Below, piece after piece: positions 1-9,391 of a DNA stretch of 64,000 bases. Each line of letters starts with the position of its first letter. Position 1 is the stretch's first letter. The notes below the pieces were generated by a model, which did no database searches, was not told where the DNA came from, and saw only the letters and a list, made by a program, of their open reading frames with translations. Made by a program: the position numbers and the translations under genes. The stretch is taken from positions 416,001-480,000 of the forward strand of contig CAWCLO010000010.1 in NCBI GenBank assembly GCA_963796455.1. The letters run 5' to 3'. This stretch comes from Candidatus Sulfomarinibacteraceae bacterium. GTDB lineage: Bacteria > Acidobacteriota > Thermoanaerobaculia > Thermoanaerobaculales > Sulfomarinibacteraceae.

Positions 1-735
1 GCGGCCCACGAAATTCCACCCGAACACCGAAATGATCCCGAACAATGGGTCACCGAACTCAGCACCGAAATTCACCCTGAGATCGCCCGCCGCGGTCTCG
101 CCGAAGCGGTCGATGTTTTTTGCGAGGAAGGGGTCTTCGATCTCGACCAGACCCGTCGATTGCTATCCGATGCGGCTGATCTGGGTTGGCGGATTCACCT
201 CCATGCCGATGAGCTCACCCCACTCGGCGGAGCCGAGTTGGCGGTCGAGATGAACGCCCTTTCCGCGGATCACCTGATGTGCGTGACTCCCGGTGGAATC
301 GATGCGCTGGCATCATCTGAAACCATTGCCGTTCTGCTGCCCGGCACATCCTTCTTTCTACGCTCGGACTATGCACCGGCGCGACAACTGATCGACGCCG
401 GCTGCGCGGTGGCCCTGGCAACGGACTGCAACCCCGGCTCCTCGCCCACCGAGTCGATGCCGGCGATCCTTGCTCTCGCCTGTCTCGGTATGGGGATGGG
501 GCTCGCCGAGGCGATTACCGCAGTGACCCTGAATGCCGCTGCAGCCATCGACCGTGCCGACGAACTGGGGTCCATCGAAATCGGCAAGCAGGCCGACCTC
601 GTTGTCCTCCATGCGCCCACCTATCACCACCTCGTCTATCACTATGGGATCAACCCCATCCGGCACGTGATCAAGAACGGCGAGGTGGTCATCCGCGACG
701 GCGTGCGGGTTCCGGCCGAGACAATGGATCGCTGA
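1..735 (+). CDS. hutI: Imidazolonepropionase (5' partial)
   Basis: Frame 1 is open from base 1: AAHEIP...DVFCEEGVF, HADEL, SADHL, LATDCNPGSSP, GSIEIGKQADLV; amidohydrolase motifs typical of HutI. Confidence 0.92.
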   Translation, partial: AAHEIPPEHRNDPEQWVTELSTEIHPEIARRGLAEAVDVFCEEGVFDLDQTRRLLSDAADLGWRIHLHADELTPLGGAELAVEMNALSADHLMCVTPGGIDALASSETIAVLLPGTSFFLRSDYAPARQLIDAGCAVALATDCNPGSSPTESMPAILALACLGMGMGLAEAITAVTLNAAAAIDRADELGSIEIGKQADLVVLHAPTYHHLVYHYGINPIRHVIKNGEVVIRDGVRVPAETMDR

Positions 736-807
736 TGACCCGGCCGGCTCACACAGGTTGCACTCAAATCAAGCAGCCATCGTTTCGGTGTCTGTGGTGA
801 AGCTTTC

Positions 808-2262
808 ATGCTGAAACGACGCTTTGTCCGCGTCTGGATATTCTGGGCGGTGGTCTATTCGGTCCTGGCGGCCGTCGGACCGAACGGTCTCGTGCCGAAC
901 CCGGTCTGGCCGGTCATTTCTCAACACATCATGCAGGCCCGCGCATGGCTTGGCGACGACATCGAGATCCTGGACGATGAGGGCTTCTTCGATCGGGAAC
1001 TCGAGATCAACCCGAGGCTCGATGTGACCCCCTACTACCAATACCGGGTCATCAACGATCCCCGCGAATCCATCCTGATCGCCAACCTGGCGGTGGCGAT
1101 CGGTGGTCCATCGGGCAACCTGGTCCCGATTCAGCAGGCCTGGACCGGATCCTCAGACCTCCTCTTCAATGAGGGCATGGTCTGCCATGTCGGATTTCCA
1201 CCAGGCCCTTCATTTTTTCTCTACCCGTTGCTGTTCCTGCTCGGGGGAGCGCTCGCCACCCAATGGGTGAGCGCCTTTCTCGGAGGTCTCGCCGTCGCCG
1301 CCATGGAGAGCCTGCTGGCGGCCTGGCTGTTGTTGATGCGGGGCCGCGAGGCTCCGATGCTCCCGGCCAACTTGATCACAGCCTTGGTTGGAGCCGGCAC
1401 ATTGTGGCTGTGGGTCGTCCCCGACGGAGGGACGTTTTTGTTCGCCCAGGTGGTTGGTACGACCGCGTTGACCCTGGCTCTCTTTGCGGCCTGGAAAAAA
1501 CACCCATGGCTCGCGGGTCTCGCCTACGGTTTTGCGATCAGCAGCCGGCCGGCCATGCTCTTTGCCTTTCCGCTCGTGATCGCTTGTGCGGTCATCAACC
1601 ACGAGGACCGCGATCCGTCCGAGACTGAGACCTCGGCAAAATGGCCCGGCGCCGGTCGTTGGATCCGCAATGCTCCGCTGCTTGTGGGCCCCCTGATTTT
1701 CGGCACATTGACCCTGGGCCTCAATCTTCTTCGCTTCGGTGCGTTGGGTGATTTCGGATATCGATTCATGATCGTGCCGCCCTTTCTTCGAGAACGCCTG
1801 CTCGAGAACGGTCAACTCTCGCTTGCCCACCTCGGCCGCAATCTCGCCGCGGTCTTTTTGCAGCCACCGATGATGATTCGCGACGAGATCGGGAGTTTCG
1901 TGTTTCCGTTTTTTGCCAGTGATCCGAAGGGCATGGCCCTCCTGTTCGTGACGCCGGCCTTTGTGGCCGTTCTACTGGCGGTCACGATTTCGGGGCGGGA
2001 ACGCAAGCTGCTGCTGGCCATCACCTGGGCCACCCTCATTTTGACCTGCCTTCCCGGGTTGCTCTACTACAACACCGGATGGGTCCAATGGGGCGGTCGG
2101 TTTCTCGTCGACGCCTGGCCGATGTGGCTTCTTCTCGCGGTCATCGGTCTCCACCGGATGCCAAAAAGGCTGGCGTGGGCGCTGATCACGCTTTCGATCA
2201 TTTCAAACGGATGGGGCGCCCTCCTGGTGGCGATCCGGTCTTGGCCGGGCTGCTGCTTTTAG
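808..2262 (+). CDS. Polytopic membrane protein, probable GT-C-fold glycosyltransferase
   Basis: 484 aa with many hydrophobic helices; GFPPGP early motif and YNTGWVQWGGRFLVD late motif. Confidence 0.55.
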   Translation: MLKRRFVRVWIFWAVVYSVLAAVGPNGLVPNPVWPVISQHIMQARAWLGDDIEILDDEGFFDRELEINPRLDVTPYYQYRVINDPRESILIANLAVAIGGPSGNLVPIQQAWTGSSDLLFNEGMVCHVGFPPGPSFFLYPLLFLLGGALATQWVSAFLGGLAVAAMESLLAAWLLLMRGREAPMLPANLITALVGAGTLWLWVVPDGGTFLFAQVVGTTALTLALFAAWKKHPWLAGLAYGFAISSRPAMLFAFPLVIACAVINHEDRDPSETETSAKWPGAGRWIRNAPLLVGPLIFGTLTLGLNLLRFGALGDFGYRFMIVPPFLRERLLENGQLSLAHLGRNLAAVFLQPPMMIRDEIGSFVFPFFASDPKGMALLFVTPAFVAVLLAVTISGRERKLLLAITWATLILTCLPGLLYYNTGWVQWGGRFLVDAWPMWLLLAVIGLHRMPKRLAWALITLSIISNGWGALLVAIRSWPGCCF

Positions 2263-2302
2263 CCTGCTCCGGCTGGTGGCGAAGGTCACTCCAGGGAAAC
2301 GA

Positions 2303-3097
2303 TCAGGGGACGTCGACCCGCAGCCGTTTGATGGCGAGGGCTTTGCCTGTTTCTTCGTCGGCATCGACCAACGCACCCCGGAGCTGGACCCCGCGCTTTG
2401 CCGGTTCGAACGGACGCGGCGTGTTGTAGAGAAACCTCTGCAACACCTTCTCCGGTTTCATGCCGATGATCGACTCGTAGGGGCCGGTCATCCCGACATC
2501 GGTCTGGAGCGCGGTGCCCTGGGGGAGAATGCGCTCATCGGCTGTCGGAACGTGGGTGTGCGTTCCCAGGACGGCCGTTACCCGGCCGTCGAGGTACCAA
2601 CCGATGGCCTGTTTCTCTGATGTGGCCTCGGCGTGCATATCCACCAGGATCACCCGCAGCTCCGGGTGTTCGGCATGGATCTCGTCGAGCACTTCGTCCG
2701 CCCGTCGAAAGGGATTGTCGATCGGCGGCATCATGGCCTGTCCCTGGAGATTGATCACCGCCACCGGAACGCCCGTGGCCGTTTCTTCAACGCACCAACC
2801 ACGCCCCGGATTTCCATCCGGGTAGTTGGCGGGGCGGAGCAGGGTCGGGTGGGCGTCGAGGAGGGGCACACCCTCCTTTTTGTCCCACACGTGGTTGCCG
2901 GTGGTCCACACTTGAACCGGGAGCTGATCGAGCTCTTCGAGCACCTTGGCGGTGATTCCAAAGCCGCCCGCGACGTTTTCCACATTGACGACGACAAAGT
3001 CGACCTTTTCACGATCGACGATGCCATCGAGATGGTTGAGCACCGCGCGCCGCCCGGGCGAACCCATGACGTCACCGACAAAGAGAAGTCGGATCAA
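2303..3097 (-). CDS. ymdB: YmdB/TIGR00282 metallophosphoesterase
   Basis: GDVMG, NVENVAGGFG, GNHVWD, DMHAEATSEK, GTHTHVPTAD, TDVGMTGP; directly downstream of rny. Confidence 0.93.
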   Translation of the reverse strand: MIRLLFVGDVMGSPGRRAVLNHLDGIVDREKVDFVVVNVENVAGGFGITAKVLEELDQLPVQVWTTGNHVWDKKEGVPLLDAHPTLLRPANYPDGNPGRGWCVEETATGVPVAVINLQGQAMMPPIDNPFRRADEVLDEIHAEHPELRVILVDMHAEATSEKQAIGWYLDGRVTAVLGTHTHVPTADERILPQGTALQTDVGMTGPYESIIGMKPEKVLQRFLYNTPRPFEPAKRGVQLRGALVDADEETGKALAIKRLRVDVP

Positions 3098-4683
3098 CGC
3101 GCGTACTCCACCGCCCGTGTCTCGCGAATCACGGTCACCTTGATCTGGCCGGGATAGGTCAGCTCGGCCTCGACCTTCTTGGCGAGATCCCGGGCCAGCC
3201 AGATCGCATCTTCATCGGACAAACGGCCCGATTCGACCACGATCCGCAACTCGCGTCCGGCCTGGATCGCAAAGGCTTTTTCGACTCCCTTGAAGTCGGT
3301 GGCCATGCTCTCCAGTTTTTCGAGCCGTTTGATGTAGTTCTCGAGAATCTCGCGCCGTGCCCCGGGGCGGGCCGCCGACAGGGCATCGGCCGCCGTCACC
3401 AGCACTGCCTCCACCGAGTGCGGATCATAGTCGCCGTGGTGACACTCCATGGCGTGGATCACCTCGTCGGTCTCGCCGTGTTTGCGAAGCATTTCACGAC
3501 CGAGCTCGAGGTGGGTTCCATCCATTTCGCGGTCCACGGCTTTGCCGATGTCGTGCACCAGCCCGGCCCGTTTTGCGACCTGCGCATTCGCACCCAACTC
3601 GGCGGCCATGTGGTTGCTGAGCCATGCCACTTCCATCGAGTGTTTGAGCGCATTCTGGCCATAGGACGAACGGAATTGCAGACGTCCCACGAGCTTGAGG
3701 AGTTCGGGATGGAGATCGGGTATCCCGACCTCGAGCGCCGCCGCCTCACCGTCGGCGAGAAGCTTTTCTTCCATCTCGCCCTTGACCTTGGCGACCAGCT
3801 CTTCGATGCGCCCCGGATGAATCCGGCCATCCTGGATGAGGCTCGAGAGGGCCAAGCGGGCGATCTCTCGTCGAACCGGTTCGAAACAGGACAGGATCAC
3901 CGCCTCCGGTGTGTCGTCGACAATCAGGTCAACCCCGGTGGCCTGCTCGAAGGCACGGATGTTGCGGCCTTCACGACCGATGATCCGGCCCTTCATTTCG
4001 TCTGATGGCAGGTCCACAACCGAAACCGTGCTCTCGACGACATGCTCCGAGGCGATCCGTTGAATCGCCATCGAGATCACCCGGCGGGCTTTTTCTTTGG
4101 CCTTCTCGGAGGTTTCCTCCTCGATGCGCTTGAGGGTATTGGCGGCTTCCATCCGAGCCTCGTTCTCCATCGAGTGCAGGAGCTCCGCCTTTGCCTGGTC
4201 GACCGTCAGACCCGCAATCTGTTCGAGCCGCGCCCTTTGTTCAGATATCGCCGACTCGAGCTCTTCCTCGCGATCGACGAGTTTTTCCTGCCGACCCCGA
4301 ACATCTGCTTCCACGCCCTCGATCGCTTGCTCCCGCCCCTGCAGGTCGGCCATGCGTTCATCGATCTCGTGACGCAGTCCCTCGATTTCTCTTCCGGCGG
4401 CCGTCAGTTCCATTCGGAGGTCGCGGGTCTCGCGTTCAAACTCGGTCCGGGCAGCCAGCAGGCGTTCCCGGGCGATGATTTCGACGTCCTTCTGTATCCG
4501 TTGGCCTTCGATTTCGCCTCGCGCCACAATCTTTCGGACCTCTTCTTCGGCGTTTGTTATCATCCGCGCGGCAGCACCGCGCGAGCGGCGCCAGAGGCCC
4601 CATACGACAATCATGGTGGCGAGGGCGAGCAGCAGTAAGACTGCAGCTGCTACAACTAGTTCCACGATGCACCCCCATGTCAA
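3094..4683 (-). CDS. rny: Ribonuclease Y
   Basis: N-terminal TM and coiled coil, KH domain (MKGRIIGREGRNIR), HD domain (HDIGK), AADALSAARPGARRE. Confidence 0.97.
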   Translation of the reverse strand: MTWGCIVELVVAAAVLLLLALATMIVVWGLWRRSRGAAARMITNAEEEVRKIVARGEIEGQRIQKDVEIIARERLLAARTEFERETRDLRMELTAAGREIEGLRHEIDERMADLQGREQAIEGVEADVRGRQEKLVDREEELESAISEQRARLEQIAGLTVDQAKAELLHSMENEARMEAANTLKRIEEETSEKAKEKARRVISMAIQRIASEHVVESTVSVVDLPSDEMKGRIIGREGRNIRAFEQATGVDLIVDDTPEAVILSCFEPVRREIARLALSSLIQDGRIHPGRIEELVAKVKGEMEEKLLADGEAAALEVGIPDLHPELLKLVGRLQFRSSYGQNALKHSMEVAWLSNHMAAELGANAQVAKRAGLVHDIGKAVDREMDGTHLELGREMLRKHGETDEVIHAMECHHGDYDPHSVEAVLVTAADALSAARPGARREILENYIKRLEKLESMATDFKGVEKAFAIQAGRELRIVVESGRLSDEDAIWLARDLAKKVEAELTYPGQIKVTVIRETRAVEYAR

Positions 4684-4743
4684 GGAGCGATCAGTGCAAC
4701 CGGCGTCAGGTTGGATTCGACCTGTGTCTCAAGAGGAATAAGT

Positions 4744-4924
4744 GGAGGTCCCCGCTGTGGCCGTGTGAGCGAGCCTATTTGAACCTGCGTTACCACAGGT
4801 GGGTGCCTGTCCCCCGCCCATCTCCCGCCTCGCGGCAGGCATCAGAGCGAAAAAACCCGGCAACCCTTCAAATAGGTGTTGGTTCAACGATAGTTCACTC
4901 ATCACCAACCGAGTAGGGACCTCC
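4744..4924 (-). ncRNA. ssrS: 6S RNA
   Basis: About 180 nt closed by complementary ends GGAGGTCCC/GGGACCTCC, internal cctatttgaa/ttcaaatagg pairing; canonical zapA-ssrS-rny position. Confidence 0.85.
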
Positions 4925-4937
4925 GATTTCTCTGGTT

Positions 4938-5240
4938 TTACCCGGATGCGCCGGGCTCTATGGCCTCTTCAATCTTTGTTACGAGACGTTTGGCCTGATT
5001 CTCCAATCTCTTGTTCCGGGTGTCCTGATCTGTTTCACGTTCCTGAAAAAGTTCGTCGGCTATGTTCAAGGCGGTCAAGACCGCAATCTTCACCGTGTCT
5101 ACACTCGAGCTTCGGTCAGCTACTTCTCGCATCCGGAAGTCGACAAAACGGGCGATTTCCTGGATCCGCGCTTCGTCACCATCCGCACGCAAACCGAGCC
5201 GCTGGCCGAATACTTCGACTGTGGCCCGGACTGTAGCCAT
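4938..5240 (-). CDS. zapA: Cell division protein ZapA
   Basis: VEVFGQ...ARFVDFRMRE...IAVLTALNIADELF; upstream of 6S RNA. Confidence 0.9.
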   Translation of the reverse strand: MATVRATVEVFGQRLGLRADGDEARIQEIARFVDFRMREVADRSSSVDTVKIAVLTALNIADELFQERETDQDTRNKRLENQAKRLVTKIEEAIEPGASG

Positions 5241-5431
5241 TGGAAAGTTCCTCCCACCAAGAGTATACAGCATCGCAAAATGAAATCTTTTCCATTTTGA
5301 GAGGTGTTAAAAGCGCCCTTCTCGGAAGCCCTGCGGCCATGAAGCGCGGCCGCCTGATGGGGCTACCCCTGGCCCCGGCCGCTGTCTTTTCCAACGAGAG
5401 GACCGATCATCCAGCGGGAGGGGCGAAATTC

Positions 5432-5683
5432 TTACTGATCGGAGACTTTCGCGAGGGTTCCGTCGACCATGGCGAGGACTTTTTCCAGACGCGTGGTCAA
5501 TTCTTCCCGTTGTTTTTCGAGCCCGGCCACTTTTTCGCCGAGATCGGTCCCCGACGCAACCTGGCCCTCGAGTTCTTCGACCCTTGCCGCAAGGTCATTT
5601 GCGCGTTTTTTATTTTCGCCATAGGCTTCGATCAATTCTTCGATTCTCGATTCGAGCTGTTTGAGCACTGAATCCATTGCCAT
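5432..5683 (-). CDS. Small coiled-coil protein (ZapB-like)
   Basis: 83 aa heptad coiled coil between pheT and zapA, with an SD. Confidence 0.65.
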   Translation of the reverse strand: MAMDSVLKQLESRIEELIEAYGENKKRANDLAARVEELEGQVASGTDLGEKVAGLEKQREELTTRLEKVLAMVDGTLAKVSDQ

Positions 5684-5721
5684 TCTTCCTCCTCTTGATG
5701 TCACTGCCCGGGAGCTCGGCC

Positions 5722-7746
5722 TCAGGCGAATGTGACTCCCAGTTTCTCGCCGAGATGTCGGCGAAGCGTTTCCTGCTCGGTATTGACCTCGTCCTGGGTC
5801 AATGATCGTTCGTCGTGACGGTAGACCAGCCGCAGAGTGGTCCGCACAATCGACGGATTCTTCGGTGGGAAGAACCTGGCCACGCTGCGCAGATCTTCAA
5901 CCCAATCCGAGGCGAGACCGAGGGTCGACTCCTCGAGGTCGGCGTAGGCCAGATCCCGTGCGTGCTCGACCGTCATATCCACAACCACCGCCGGATGCCG
6001 GGCCAGTTGCCGAAATTGGGGCAATGGCGGCTCGGCAGAATCATCGAGATCGAGCTCGGCGATCATCGGGGTCGCGCGAAGGTCCCAGCGTCGCCGGTAT
6101 TCGTCGGACAAAAGTCCGGCCAGACCGATCACCCGGTCTTCGTCAGTGACCAACTCGGCACCGGCTGCGGCATGCAACCACGGGGCACCACCGGGTCTCC
6201 AGCTCACCGCAGGCAGACCGACCCGCTTCATGATGTCGTTGACAATTCCCTTGAGCCGAACAAAGGACTCCTCACGGTCATCCGACGGCATCGAGAGCAC
6301 GATGCCCAATCGCTCATGCTCGCGCGGCTCATCATCCGACAGATTGAAGACCCGGCCCTGTTCGAAGATCGACAACGCCATCTCGCCCTGGTTGAAATTC
6401 GTCGCGGCGGCCGCCAGCAATCCGGGCAGGAGCGAGCGCCGCATCACTGCCTGGGTCTGGGCAAGCGGATTGTCGAGTTCCAGCGACTGACCCGGACAGA
6501 GATTCTGAGTCGCCACCAACTCATCGTCTCCGGGGTCGACAAAGCTCCATGTCATGACCTCGGCGAGCCCTGCCCCGATGGCCGCGTTCCGCGCCCGGTC
6601 CACCAAGACCCAGTTCGGATGGCGACGACCCGGGGTTGCCGGAAGAATCGGCAAGGCCGAAGGAATGGCCGAATAGCCCACGTGCCGGATGACTTCTTCA
6701 TAAAGATCGGGCACCCGTTCGATGTCGATCCTGAACGAGGGCACCGTCACCGTGACCGTATCGCCGTCCAAGCGCGGATCAAATTCCAGACCAGCAAAGA
6801 TCTCGACCACCCGCGCCGGCGTGATGGTGAGCCCGGCAAAGGCGGACAGGGCCTCGATTGACAGACTCATCTGCCGTTCGGCCGTTGCTTCGGGATGGAC
6901 GTCAATCCGTCCACGACACACCTTGCCGCCGGCGAGCTCGGCCATCATGGCCGCCGCGAGATCCACCGCCACGGGGGGCAACTCAGGGTCGGCACCGCGC
7001 TCGAATCGGTGCGACGCCTCAGTGTGCATCCCGAGTCTCCGGGCCGCGCGCCTGATCGTCAGCGCGTCGAAATGAGCGGCTTCCAAGAGCACGTCGACGG
7101 TTTCGTCGGAAATCTCCGAGTTGGCGCCACCCATGATGCCCGCGAGACCCACCACTCCATCGCGATCAGCAATCACCGCCATCGATTGATCGAGCTTGCG
7201 GTCTTCCCCATCGAGAGTCGTCAAGAGCTCGCCATCTTCTGCACGCCGCGCGACCAATCTGTTGCCGCGCACTTTTGCGAGATCATAGGCGTGCAGCGGT
7301 TGACCGAGTTCGAGGAGCACATAATTCGTGACATCCACCACCGCGTTGATCGGACGCACCCCGCAATTCGACAAACGGCGCTGCAACCAATCCGGCGACG
7401 GTACCTGCTTGACGCCGCGCACGATACGGGCCGCAAAACGCGTGCACACAACCGGGTCGTCGATCTCGATCGTTGCTTGGTCCGCAGTCGACTCGTCGAT
7501 CTCGTGCAGTTCAGATTGCAGGGAACGAAGGGACGTCCCGGTGGCCACCGCCGCTTCCCGCGCGAGCCCGCGGTGATTCATGGCATCCGGCCGGTTCGTC
7601 GTCACCTCAACATCCCAGATTTCCGCTCCATCTCCGGGTTCGCGAAGCTCCACAAGACAGCCGCAATTCGTCAACGCGTCGGCCACGATGTCCTGCTTCG
7701 GAGGCTCTTCGAGGAGCGACAACAGCCATTCGGAATCAAAGTTCAT
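5722..7746 (-). CDS. pheT: Phenylalanine-tRNA ligase beta subunit (short form lacking the B2 domain)
   Basis: Start MNFDSEWL overlaps the pheS stop; VTTNRPD, NAVVDVTNYVLLELGQPLHAYD, ASHRFERG. Confidence 0.95.
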   Translation of the reverse strand: MNFDSEWLLSLLEEPPKQDIVADALTNCGCLVELREPGDGAEIWDVEVTTNRPDAMNHRGLAREAAVATGTSLRSLQSELHEIDESTADQATIEIDDPVVCTRFAARIVRGVKQVPSPDWLQRRLSNCGVRPINAVVDVTNYVLLELGQPLHAYDLAKVRGNRLVARRAEDGELLTTLDGEDRKLDQSMAVIADRDGVVGLAGIMGGANSEISDETVDVLLEAAHFDALTIRRAARRLGMHTEASHRFERGADPELPPVAVDLAAAMMAELAGGKVCRGRIDVHPEATAERQMSLSIEALSAFAGLTITPARVVEIFAGLEFDPRLDGDTVTVTVPSFRIDIERVPDLYEEVIRHVGYSAIPSALPILPATPGRRHPNWVLVDRARNAAIGAGLAEVMTWSFVDPGDDELVATQNLCPGQSLELDNPLAQTQAVMRRSLLPGLLAAAATNFNQGEMALSIFEQGRVFNLSDDEPREHERLGIVLSMPSDDREESFVRLKGIVNDIMKRVGLPAVSWRPGGAPWLHAAAGAELVTDEDRVIGLAGLLSDEYRRRWDLRATPMIAELDLDDSAEPPLPQFRQLARHPAVVVDMTVEHARDLAYADLEESTLGLASDWVEDLRSVARFFPPKNPSIVRTTLRLVYRHDERSLTQDEVNTEQETLRRHLGEKLGVTFA

Positions 7747-8807
7747 GCGAACTGCCTCGTGAGTCGTTGATCTCCAGCAAAGAGCTGGCGCAGATCGGGG
7801 ATCCCGTAGACCAGCATGGCGATCCGGTCGAGCCCGAGACCAAAGGCAAAGCCGGTATAACGATCGGAGTCCACACCCACCGCTTCGAAGACCCGCGGGT
7901 CCACCATGCCCGAACCGAGGATCTCGATCCAACCCGAACCCGAACACACCCCGCAGCCCTTCTGGGCGCAGAAGATGCACGAGATGTCGACCTCCGCCGA
8001 TGGCTCGGTGAAGGGAAAGTACCCGGGACGCAGGCGAACCTCGACGTTGTCGGAGAAGAGCTCGTGGAGGAAGGTCTCCAAGGTGCCCTTCAGATGACCG
8101 ACCGTGATGCCCTCATCGACCACCAGTCCTTCGATCTGGTGGAACATGGGCGAGTGGCGAAGATCGGAGTCACGCCGGTAGACCCTTCCCGGGACCACGA
8201 TCCGGATCGGTGGTTTGCGTTGCTCCATCACCCGAGCCTGAACCGGCGAGGTATGGGTCCGCAACAGATAGCCCCGGGGGAGGTAGAAAGTGTCCTGATC
8301 GTCACGTGCCGGATGATCGGGCGGGATGTTGAGGGCTTCGAAGTTGTGCCAATCATCTTCGACTTCGGGGCCCGCCTCCACGTCATAGCCCATCCGCAGA
8401 AAAATCTCTTCGATCCGGTGACGAACGATGTGGACCGGGTGCTGGGCGCCGCGGACTACTGGCGAGCCGGGAAGGGTCACGTCAATCGGTCCGTCGACCG
8501 TCAGGGAAGCGCTCTTCGTCCGAGTCTTCGCCTTGATTTTGGTCGAAAGGGGTTCGGCTTTGGCCGCCTGCTTGGCCGCTGCGAGCTTGGACTCGATCTC
8601 CTTCTTGAGCGCGTTGAGAGCCTGCCCATAGTCCCGCTTCTCGTCGTTCGGGAGCTCACGGAGGATTGCTGTCAGTTCATTCAGCAGCCCTGACTTCTTT
8701 CCCGCGTAGCTGATCCGGACCTCTTCAACCAGAGCGGCATCACCGCCGGCATGATCGAGGTCGGTAAGAAACGCCGCACGAACTTCTTCAAGCCGAGCGC
8801 TGCTCAC
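7743..8807 (-). CDS. pheS: Phenylalanine-tRNA ligase alpha subunit
   Basis: HPARDDQDTFY, LLRTHTSPVQ, FHQIEG, YFPFTEPS, GFAFGLGLDR; GTG start inferred. Confidence 0.96.
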   Translation of the reverse strand: MSSARLEEVRAAFLTDLDHAGGDAALVEEVRISYAGKKSGLLNELTAILRELPNDEKRDYGQALNALKKEIESKLAAAKQAAKAEPLSTKIKAKTRTKSASLTVDGPIDVTLPGSPVVRGAQHPVHIVRHRIEEIFLRMGYDVEAGPEVEDDWHNFEALNIPPDHPARDDQDTFYLPRGYLLRTHTSPVQARVMEQRKPPIRIVVPGRVYRRDSDLRHSPMFHQIEGLVVDEGITVGHLKGTLETFLHELFSDNVEVRLRPGYFPFTEPSAEVDISCIFCAQKGCGVCSGSGWIEILGSGMVDPRVFEAVGVDSDRYTGFAFGLGLDRIAMLVYGIPDLRQLFAGDQRLTRQFA

Positions 8808-8814
8808 GCCGGCC

Positions 8815-9165
8815 TCAGCTCTCGACCTTTGCAAGTTCGACGAGCTGAGTAAAAGTCTGCGGATCACGCACCGCGAGATCGGCCAGAACCTTACGATCAA
8901 GGTCGCAACCGACGTTTTTCAACCCGGCGATCAGGGCCGAGTAGGTGGTGCCGTTCTGCCTGGCCGCCGCGTTGATGCGAGCGATCCACAACGAACGGAA
9001 CTGCCGTTTGCGCTGCTTGCGATCACGATAAGCGTATTGCAGGGACTTCTCGACCTGGATCTTGGCCGTGCGGTGCAACCGCGACTTGGCTCCCCAATAG
9101 CCCTCGGCGAGTTTGAGAATCTTTTTCCGGCGATCTTTGCGATTGGTCGATCTTTTGACGCGCAT
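8815..9165 (-). CDS. rplT: 50S ribosomal protein L20
   Basis: MRVKR...[24 protein letters not shown]...[10 protein letters not shown]. Confidence 0.98.
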   Translation of the reverse strand: MRVKRSTNRKDRRKKILKLAEGYWGAKSRLHRTAKIQVEKSLQYAYRDRKQRKRQFRSLWIARINAAARQNGTTYSALIAGLKNVGCDLDRKVLADLAVRDPQTFTQLVELAKVES

Positions 9166-9174
9166 ACTGCCTCC

Positions 9175-9375
9175 CTACTTCTGTGCCGCGAGCATCTTCG
9201 TGAGAACCTTGGCATCACCCGGTTTCACGATGGCCGACGAACGCAGCTTGCGCTTCCGCTTGGTCGACTTCTTCGTCAAGATATGTGAGTGGTAGGCGTG
9301 GTGGCGTTTGAACTTACCGCTGCCGGTTCGTTTGATTCGCTTGGCCGCGCCGCGATGGGTCTTCAACTTCGGCAT
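9175..9375 (-). CDS. rpmI: 50S ribosomal protein L35
   Basis: [13 protein letters not shown]...[14 protein letters not shown]. Confidence 0.98.
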   Translation of the reverse strand: MPKLKTHRGAAKRIKRTGSGKFKRHHAYHSHILTKKSTKRKRKLRSSAIVKPGDAKVLTKMLAAQK

Positions 9376-9391
9376 AACAAGCTCCTTTTTT

